Part shown: positions 53,880-64,000 of the stretch, one piece after another | How positions within the stretch are numbered: position 1 is the first letter of the stretch | Layout of the letters: each line of letters starts with the position of its first letter | Origin: the human T2T-CHM13v2.0 reference genome, Homo sapiens | Length of the DNA stretch: 64,000 bases | Strand: one strand, 5' to 3' | Assembly: GCF_009914755.1 (NCBI RefSeq) | Contig: NC_060939.1 | Made by a program: the position numbers and the translations under genes | Notes under the pieces: generated by a model | Seen by the model: only the letters and a program-made list of their open reading frames with translations | Database searches by the model: none | Told to the model about the DNA's origin: nothing

Positions 53880-54720
53880 TAGGGAAAAGACAACCAACTG
53901 AGAAATCTACAAAAAATTTAAATAGGTGATGCCGAGAGCGAGAAACCCACATGGCCAATAAACATGAAATAAGGTTCTATGTCATTAGTAATAGAGAGTT
54001 CCTATTTACCACAATGTGCTATTATTTAACCCCAGTGAAATTTTTAAAACAATTTAAAACTAGCCAATTCAAATTTCAGAGGTAATGTAGTTGTATCAAA
54101 GCTTGTATACACTGCTGGTGGAGATGTAACTTGGAGACCAAAGTGGCAATATCTAATAAAACTGATTATGCTCATCAAAAAAAAAAACTGATTTTGCCAT
54201 TTAAAAAAAAAAAAAAAAGACAAAAACCGCAATTACTTTTGCACCAATCTAATAACATTGTTTCCTCTATAGAAACTATTTCAGTTATGGCTATGATCAT
54301 CTTTGTAGCAATGTCTATAATAGTATACAGTCATAAACCACCCGAGTGTCCATTGGCAAGAGAAAGGATAAATTAATTATAATGTGATCAAGTGATGCAG
54401 TACTGTTAAATATTAGTAAAAATGATTTAATGTTGAGTGACAAGGTGAGTTTACAAGCAATTCTATATATCATTTTTAAATAAAACAAGTACCTGGGCCC
54501 ATTACATTACATTACATTAATTTTATAGGTTCCTCTGCAGAAAAGGAAAGGAGAGAGGAAAGCATAACATTATTTATCTGTAATTTTTTACTTCTTTAAT
54601 AATTACATCTCAGGTAATATGATAAAATGTTAATAATCATTCATTTCTGGTGATGAGCATATAAGTATTTATTATGTGTCCTCAGTGAGTTTCGTATTTT
54701 GTTTTATTTTCCCATATTAA
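53880..54720 (+). mobile_element. L1ME-type 3' fragment
   Basis: ATGGCCAATAAACATG, TACACTGCTGGTGGAGATGTAA, ACCCGAGTGTCCATT. Confidence 0.65.
54188..54252. mobile_element. Partial MADE1 (right TIR only, A-run centre)
   Basis: TTTTGCCATT-A run-CAAAAACCGCAATTACTTTTGCACCAATCTAA followed by TA. Confidence 0.85.
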
Positions 54721-55788
54721 AAATCAACAAAAATAGGCACCAAACTTACTCGTACTGTGCCTAGGGCAAGTTGCTTCATCTTAAGAATTAGTATATCTAT
54801 TTCCTCTATTTTAGGTTACTGCAGATACTAAGTGAGCTAACACACATAACAGTGCTTTTTAAACTATAGAGCAGTATGTTATTATTACGAATAATATTAT
54901 TAATATTATTATTATGGCCATCATTAATTCTCCACTAATGGATGCTAAGTAGAACAGCAGTTTTCAAACTGTGCTCTATGGAAATCCACAGACCTTTATG
55001 GACCTCCAAGGCCTCTGTGAAGCTTCGTGGGTGCTGTTTGGGAAAACGAGGAGACAGGGCTTCAGGCTTTAGAACCCATTTCAGTTTGAAAAGCTTTAAT
55101 TTTGATCTGTTTTCATGTTGGACCTGGAAATAAGGTTTCCAGTAAAGAAAATATATATAGCTTGGTGGTAACTATACCTTTTCACCTGTTACATGAAGCT
55201 GTAAGAAATGTCACATGACTTCATTTTTTTTCAAAATTAAATTAAATGTGATTCTGATTCTACATCTGCATTCCACCTGGCTGCTGGGTAATTCAGTATC
55301 TGTTACTACTGGCTCTCCCTTTCTGCCCTGCCCTCTGTCCTCTAGAATCATGCAAGTTTCTAGGGGTCTTATAAAGCAAAACCTTTCAAGAGAAGACTGT
55401 GGCCTACAGTGCCCATGGTCATTATTGATATGCTATTCATACAAGGTGATGTGAGCCCTTAGGTCATTCCGTGGATCCTGAACTATGTGGGGCACAGGAC
55501 ACTTTCAGCAGTGAGAGAACAGCTACTTGGGTCCAGCCAACCAAGGAGACCACACAGCAATTCCCCTCAGAGGACCTAAAAGCATTCTAGGGCACCCTGT
55601 AGGTCCCCAACACATTCCCATTCTAGTGTTGGAACTTCACTTACCCAGGACTGACTACTTCCACCTTTAAAGGAATACAAAAGCTGGACACTTTATTGGA
55701 ATGGAGGAGGGAAATGCAGTGAGGGAAATATACATAAATTAATAATTTAGTAAATTATCTTGCTATGGATCATTTTATAAGGATTTGA

Positions 55789-56082
55789 GGCCAGGCGCAG
55801 TGGCTTACACCTGTAATCCCAGTACTTTGGGAGAACAAGGCGGGTGGATCACCTGAGGTCAGGAGTTCAAGACCAGCCTGGCCAACATGGTGACAACCCA
55901 TCTCTACTAAAAATACAAAAATTAGACGGGCGTGGTGGTGGGTGCCGGTAATCCCAGCTACTCAGGAGGCTGAGGCGGGAGAATTGCTTGAACCTGGGAG
56001 GCAGAGATTGCAGTGACCCGAGATCGCACCACTGCACTCCCAGCCCGACAACAGAGGGAGACTCCATCTCAAAAAAAAAAAA
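55789..56082 (+). mobile_element. AluS (Sx/Sq-like)
   Basis: Full dimer, poly-A tail, TSD GATTTGA. Confidence 0.93.
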
Positions 56083-56347
56083 GATTTGAAATTTCTGACC
56101 TAGAGCTGTATCTCCCTGAGTATCATTTGGTTTTCTTTTCACTGTGAAGTCTTTTTATTAAAATCAAAAAATTTCGAAATCTGACTCTGCCCCACCCCAT
56201 TCTGACATCCTCAATCCCTGCTCTGACTGCCCCAGCAATCTTTTGTGCCCTGTGATTGAGGAAATGCGGAGACCTGTGGACTCATAAAGGCTGGTTCCAG
56301 GCTGGATGCCCTGCACTGCATGTAGGTGGCCCGCGGCCATTACTCAC

Positions 56348-56514
56348 CTGGAAGAAGCTTTTTGTTGTAAATCTTATAATCATCTTGTGAGGGTACAATT
56401 ATATGGGGTTTTTGTGTGTGTTCAATGTTTTAGTTTAGTTTAAAGGTTGATATTTAAATATGTCACAATTGGTGAAACTTCTTTTTGACATTTTATTTTT
56501 TAATATATCTTTGA
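56348..56514 (-). ncRNA. Candidate 167-nt minus-strand exon (probably non-coding)
   Basis: Acceptor TTTACTTCTTTTTCAG| and consensus donor CAG|GTGAGT on the minus strand. Confidence 0.35.
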
Positions 56515-59479
56515 CTGAAAAAGAAGTAAAGTGTTTACCACTTGACACCTGAGATTTCCCTAAGTATGTCTTCATCAAAAGGGATTGGAACTCTAATTGG
56601 ATTATTGCTTTTGTTCTCAGCCTGGGCTGGTCAGCCCCAGTGCTGCACCCCAGCAGGCCCGGCGCAGCCTCGTCTGGTCAGTGAGATCTTCCCTCCACTA
56701 CCCAAGGCACACACAGTTCAGTCCTGAGTCCAGGAGGCTGTTCCTCAATGCAAGACAAATCAGGGTACTTTACAGCTCTTCCCAGACTGTGCCATCCCAA
56801 ATGATTAACTTGTGGCCAAAGACACAGCAAGGTCCAACCTAATGCATTAGTGGGTTGGAAGAGGCCAGGGGTGTCTCAGTGATGGAGTGGCCTGATGCTG
56901 TGAGAAATGCTCCATATGTTTCAGATAATCTGAAAAGAGGTGCAGACATTTTTGGGCTCTCCAAAATATGCATCTAGGGCTGAGGAGTTTTAGACTCTAT
57001 GAATAGATCCAAAAGCTGACATACATTTCAGACCGTGTAATACAAAATGCTAGGAAACAGCAAACTTGATCTGAATTCCCTCCCCTCCCCACTCTTCTCC
57101 TGCCTGCCTGCAAGCTGTGTCTCAGTCTTTATCTTACACGTTCACTGTGACTTTTTTTTTAATTGACAGGGTCATAAGTTCACTTCTGATGGAGAATTAC
57201 TCTTCGGCCCACTTGCTTAAAATATATTTGAGGCCAATATTAAGAGCATAGCTGTACTCACTCTGTAACTGGAAAAGAAAAAAAAAATTCTGGAGCCCAA
57301 TTTGGAAGAAAGCATTTGAAAATAAAACAAGGAATATTTTCAGAGGCTAATGCTCCTGGAATTTATTCAAGTGGCTGCCATGGCCATTGGCCTCAAGAAT
57401 GCCAATTACAGATGCTCTGCTGTCTGATTAGAGCATTCTTGAGTCCAGAGCAGTACATTAAGTCAAAGGGTAAGTCTTTGAATTCTGCAATGAATTTGAT
57501 TAACCATTTACAATTATAGAGTGATTTTAAAACATCCCAGAATCATCATCAATCTTCAATCCAGGTTTAAGAAAGCAAAATATCTGATGCCGAGAACTAT
57601 TTTGTGGCTGGGATGGTTTCCTGAAAAAGCACTGTAGAAAACATTCTGCTAAAACTTTTATTTAACAGCTGTGGTTTAGGCATATTTAGAGTTATGTAGG
57701 CCTCATTGGATAATGATTATGGGAACCACAAATATTAAGGTTTTGCAAGATCATTTTTGGTACAAAATAGGAAATTGCCCAAATTTTGGTTAAATTATGA
57801 AAATGTGGGTCTCAAAATTTGGCTATACATGTGTGTGTCTGTGTATGTGTGATGTGTGTGTGTACATGTACATCCTTTAGTTCATCATTACCTGAAACAA
57901 ACAAAGAGATGATTTTTTCTTCTGGCAAAAAGTCCTTGAAAAACAAAACCTATTATTTTCTGGTTGGAATTGAGTTTCCTATCCAGTACTTAGTTTAAAG
58001 TATTATAGAAACAGAAGCCAAATCACACATTGTCATAGGTTCAGATCAACATCACTTCTGACTCTAGATGAGGTTGAAAATTTCAGCCTAGGAAACACCT
58101 CCTTGATCACGAGGCAGTACAGGTTTCTGAAAGTAAAAGCCATTGGGTCAGTACAATCATCTCTGCATTAGATGTCATCCCTAGGGAATAACTACTTCTA
58201 AAATCTTTCTTAAAATGTGTCTGTAATAGTGGCTAGTTTCCTCTGATCAAATGTATATCAAATGAGGTTTATAGGTTATTTTCAATTTTTGAAAGACTTT
58301 ATATCAGCTATTTTTATATAATAAATTATTTGTGTATTAGTCTTTGTGATTTTTTTGAATTGGCTATTGTAATATAACACAAATACAGAACAGTGCCTTA
58401 AATTCTTTTATAATCATTTTCCTCCTATTGTTGGTGTTTTGAAACAAAGTGTTTTATTTTAGATGGCAGCTTCTGTATTCAGCACAGAAACTGTGATAGA
58501 CCCTGGCCCTTCCTTTATGGGTCTGCCTCTGCCACCATCTGTTCAGAAATTACCTGCCACCCTCTCTTCTGCTTTCCTTGATAGCTGGGGTCAGCCTTCA
58601 GAAACAGGCATTTCTCTACTGACATATTAAGAATCAAATCACATGCATTCTCACACATATACACGCAAACACACAAACACATATATACAACACTTTCTTC
58701 CAATACAAGAAAAATACAAACACAGAATGTGTACTACTGCTTTTCCAGGAAATCTTAACCTATTCAGAGCTCTGGAATTATTATTTTTAAAAATAAAATA
58801 TTTATTCAAGCAAATAAATCATTAATCTGTTCAATTAATGTATTTTGAACTTTTGCCAGATACTATGTTAGGTTTTAAAGGTGAAACAACATCGCATATG
58901 CAGGCTCTGTCCTCATGGAATTACATCCTAAAGGTAAATCAAACCAGAGCATTTGAAAAAAATATTAAATATTAATATTTTTCAATGCTTGACACTTGAA
59001 AAAAAAGTTTTATTTTTAAAAGCAAATTAATCACTATAACAATAAATGTTCTCTGTGCCCGGCAGTTTGGTAAGCATTGTGTGTGTTACAAAGAAATAAA
59101 AGTGTAAGACTAGGTATCTTAAACTCAGGAAGAAACAACCAGCACAAAATAGTGAAGGCAAAAGTGAATTTGTAAGTTAAATTAGAAAAAAAAAATTCAA
59201 AGTTTTGATTTAACAAAAAAATCAACAGCTGAACTGAACAAAGTACTTAATTAAAAACAAAATAATACTCAAGATTTGTTTTAAACAACTCACAAAGTGT
59301 TTATTCTCCAAAAAAAAATCAGAAAATAAGCTAAAACAAAATTAAACCTTATAAAACAGGCAAGATTTAGTCACAAAATGCATGCTAAAGAAGTTATTCA
59401 AAAGTTCCAGAACATAGAATTATTTTTACATGACAAACTTCCGTTGAATTAAATACTGATCTTATATTCACTCTAAAGT

Positions 59480-60000
59480 GGCCTTTACGTCAATCAGTTA
59501 AGCTCTATCATTTCTCCCTTGGGAATATCTTAAGAAATCATCCCATTTTGTTCATTCCCTCTGCCACCCTGCTAGTCCAGATGTTCATCTTGAGTCTCAT
59601 GGAGACAACGGTGGTGCATCATTGCTGGTCTTTCTTTCTTTCATCTCTCATAGTTAACATGGCATTAATCTTCCTAAATTGCCACTATTAAAACATGTCC
59701 CATGCTGAATATCAATCAGCTGGACTCCTTATACCTAATAAGCCAAGTCTAAACTTAGCCTGGCTTGAAATTTCCACAGGAATCAGCCCTGCCTCTTCAA
59801 CTTTATTTTTCATCTGTCCCAGCTATCAACACTCAATCTTATGATGTTGACATCTAAATGACATGGAAGTCACTTTATCCTACTCCATACATCTGATTTC
59901 AACATATCCCTCATTTCTGATGCCATCTGTAAGTCAATATGTCTCTTCAGTGCAAGCCCATCAAATCTTCTATGACAAAGCCAGTCTACCCTGGGCTGTT
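59480..60000 (+). mobile_element. L2 fragment
   Basis: CCCTCTGCCACCCTGCTAGTCCAG...TAATCTTCCTAAA...CTTAGCCTGGC. Confidence 0.55.
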
Positions 60001-60084
60001 CCTTCCACAAGACTTTGATTTCCCACAGAGTATGCCATTTTCATAAGATTGTTGTTATTTCATAGGATCCAGGCAAGAACTTCT

Positions 60085-60260
60085 TCTCTGATGTGAAGCC
60101 AACTGGGTTTCAACTCTGGTTTTGCCAATGCTTATTGTGTACCTCTAGAAAATTCACTTGACTTTTGTCATCTGTAAAGATGAAAAGAATATTAGGACCT
60201 GTAAAGTTGGTCTGCTGTGCATCAGTAAGCTCTGTAGTTGTTAATTATCTTTGTTATTAA
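60085..60260 (+). mobile_element. MIR fragment
   Basis: CTGGGTTTCAACTCTGGTTTTGCCA...TCATCTGTAAA. Confidence 0.6.
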
Positions 60261-61462
60261 CAAGAACTTGTTGGATTTTGCAGGCTGGTCTGAGACTTCA
60301 GATTGATTGTCCTCATCCAGTTATGACTTGGCTCTTCTGGAATTGAAAGGGAGACCTCAGCTGGCTGGTCTGATACATCTACCCCATCAGTATCCCAGGT
60401 CCTGAATTGTTTCTCCCATTTGGTTGAAACCAATGTGGAGCATTGATATAAAATTCTATATACACATCAATTGAAACAACTCTATTACTTTTTCACCCCA
60501 AAAGGGAAGCAAATTTTCCCTTTCAAGGCTAGAGAACCCTCAGCAAGAATTTAGCGGAATCTTGTATGCACAAGTAAAATGCTGAGAAATCCCATTCATG
60601 ACAAAACAAGGCATTTCTAAAGAACAGTTATCTTTTGAGACCAAAACATTCCTATGCAGAGACATAAAATAATATTACCAATTTAACCTCTACTTATTTG
60701 TGCCATAATATATAATACTTTCCAGTATTGCTATATGATGTTCTTACATGTGGCACATTTAAATAAAACAATTATTGACTAAGATCTCAGTTCTTTTGGA
60801 TAGAGCCTGATTTCATTCTCAGGTCTCTGCTATCTCCTCATTTCCCCACATTATTAAGATTAATCAATACTCCTAAAGTAGTTTTTGTTTGGTCTTATTT
60901 GGGTCTAAATACACTAATCTACCTAGGAAATGACTGATCAATTTTAGTTTGGGCCAAATCCTGGCTCAAATTGTAAAAATCAAAGGATTGTCAGCTTTTT
61001 GACACAAAAATGCAATGCCACAGTGTTTACAAAATGAGAGGACTTTCAAATGGTGTTTGTTAAGTTAGACCTATAAAGTGAAACCAGATCTGGGATCAGA
61101 TCACTGAGCTGATGGAAACAAGGGCATCAGGGACACAATTGTCATTTCACTCATTGAAACAAATTAATCGTATCAATTATGTAGCAATCTATTCCACTCT
61201 GTCTCTTAATTCTTTTGAGGTTGCTGAAACAGGATCAGAGGATACATGGCTTTCTCCCAACACATAACCTTTCTGAAACAGAGGAAAATATTCTAAAGTG
61301 GTTAGGCAGGGAGGGGGTAGAAACAAAGTCAATAAGAGACTCAAGGGTGAGTCATAGCTGAAGCCACAGTAAAGCCCAGATATGGGGTAGGGTGAGGGCA
61401 CAATGGTGGGAAGGTGCAGGAAGGAGCAGCTTGAATGGGGGCTGGCTAGTATAAGAAGTCTG

Positions 61463-61787
<325 letters not shown>

Positions 61788-64000
61788 TCAGGTGATCTCT
61801 TTAAAAAATCAATAAAACATTGTGGTATCTCTCCTTTTTAGGTATGGAAGTTGGATGAGGGCATGCAACTTTAAAAATTAACACAAATGCACATGTAGTA
61901 GGTGCTCTGTACATATTATTTAAAAATACAGACCATCCTTTCTGCTCCCCAGTTTTACTGGTTTGGCTGGAAAAGGAGCCACGATAGAGAAAATTCTAGA
62001 TTTACCCAAATGAGACATTTGCATTACAAAATATTTTTATATGACAAAACGACTCACAATGATATTCCTTTAAATTGAAAGTTCCTGACAGCATTACTAA
62101 TTGACCATGATTTTTCTTTTAAGTTTCAGGAATCAATGTATTGCCTGCACTTAATTTTAACTGAAAGCTACCTTGTATAATGTTCAGAAACTATATTGGA
62201 ATTTATCTTTAAAATGCAGAGTGATGGAGCTACAGAACTGAAATAAAGAGAAACCAAAATGATTTGTTAAGAAAGACCACAGTCCAAATGCAGCTGACCC
62301 CAGCACATCTTCCCATCACAGGTAAAGGAGGCCAAGGAAACCCCCAGTACTTGGGAGTGGGGGCTAGAGCAGGATCTGGTGCTAAGGCAAGCCCATACCC
62401 CAAGTGAAGTTGTTGATGATTGAGTGTGGTGGAAAGACAGGTGGGGTGGTCTGATCAGCACCCTACCTGTGATGAATTTATCTCAGAACTTGGCTTTGCT
62501 GTCATCCTGCATGGCCCCAGGTAAGGAATGCCCTTGTCTGAGCCTAACCCATTAGAGGCAGCTCAACTGCACTAAATCACTCTATTCCCAGACCAGCGGT
62601 CACTGAGGCATTCATTCTGCTGGCAAATCTAGGATTGAATTAGAGAACTATTAAGGCCTCTTACAGTCCTGTAATTCTAAGATTTCTTTTATTCAATATT
62701 TACTCCTTGGACCCGGGCTAGGCACTAGCAGAATCCTTCCAGGCCAGGTTTTCTCTGGCTTGGTAAACTAATCCTCTTTAATTCTCTGTCCAGACTATGT
62801 CTTCCAAGCCTTTTCTTCATTGCTTATCTATCCAGAACAAAATGAGCCTTATGCGGCTCTCGGATCTGAGCAGTTAGATGTTTCCTTTTGTTCTTTGAGC
62901 TTTTGTTGCTTCTGCCCATATTATATATGCATATATGTTTGTGTACCTACAGAAGTACATCTTGGTACTTATGCACACATGGAATGCTTGCTATTACCTA
63001 CAGAAGAAACCTGCTGTCAGCAAAAGCATTAGTTGTGTTTCTGTTTCTGTTTCTATTCCCCAAGCTAGGATTTTTGTTTGAGTAGGAATTTGTGCCTTAA
63101 TTATAAACATTAGTAAGTGAAAAATGTTTGCATTTCACAAATATATTTTCTGTTTCACAATCTTCATAGCAGAAAGTCAGGCTCATGAAATATGATATTT
63201 ACTTGCATAATTTTCTCTCCTTTTCCCCTGATATTTTGACTTTAACAGCAAGGGTGAAGAAAGTTATGCAAGCATATGGGGTCACCCTAGCAATCATCAT
63301 TAATCTTTGCTTCCCTCATCCTTGTTTACTAGAAGACCAAGCTAAATTGTACCTGGACTTTCTCAAATTTTTCCACAGCAGTGTTTCACATTTCTGAAAA
63401 AGTCACTTTCAGCAAAAGATGGCAGAAAAGGCACATGGCTGCATGAGGGCCTCTGATAAAAAGAGATAATTTGCAAGTGATGGGAGGCTGGAATTTATGG
63501 TGTTCAAGATGTGTTTTAAGCTGGGACATGAGCATCTCTAATTCAAGAGAAGAGGCCAGTGGCTTGCTGCAAAATTATTCCCTCCCTCGAGGGACTGAAG
63601 GTGCCCTGGGAAAGGGCCTTATGCCTCACAGTCCAGGGAGGATGGTGGGAGTAGGCAGGGAGAAGTATGAGAGGGAACTGGACAGTGATTGAGGAATGAT
63701 GGCTAAAATTAGTTTTTGCTTTCCCTCCCTTACCATTAGCAGACAGTCTGCCGCTCCAGCTGGCTTCTCTTGAAGTCAGAAAGTTAACCTCTTCTCTGCC
63801 TCAGCAAGGACAAAGCGTGTTCTATTCTTGCCTGTCAGTGTGGTTGGAGTTTTCAAAAGTGAAAGGGAAGATATGTGTAAAAAAATGTCTTACTGATTTT
63901 TCTTTTCAAAATATGCATGTGGAAGAAAATGTAAGTGCCAGACATTAAAATATAGTATTCTCATGTTTATTACACCAATAATAGCTTAATTTGTGGATAC

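Overview
Primate (human-like) AT-rich, CpG-depleted non-coding genomic DNA, either a gene desert or a very large intron. I cannot assign the locus. No protein-coding gene is supportable: the listed ORFs (60-132 aa) are chance ORFs or read-throughs of Alu, L1, L2, Tigger or microsatellite sequence. The window is a mosaic of mammalian transposons. It has 8 Alus (most with TSDs), many L2 and MIR fragments, a MamSINE1-like relic and a deleted old L1 carrying an MLT1 LTR. It also has THE1C, LTR33-like and LTR1-family solo LTRs, plus Tigger2, Tigger3, MER5 and MADE1 DNA transposons. Several repeat-free blocks rich in TF motifs look like enhancers (about 9.8-10.5, 19.5-19.9, 27.6-28.0 and 39.3-39.8 kb). 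There are two candidate non-coding exons (11133-11438 +, 56348-56514 -). The most notable structures are an Alu tail turned into perfect AT palindromes, a non-coding exon between inverted Alus, a three-level nested insertion, and several local tandem duplications. I found no evidence for a genuinely new biological system. Repeat subfamily names come from recalled consensus sequences, not alignments, and the boundaries of old repeats are approximate.
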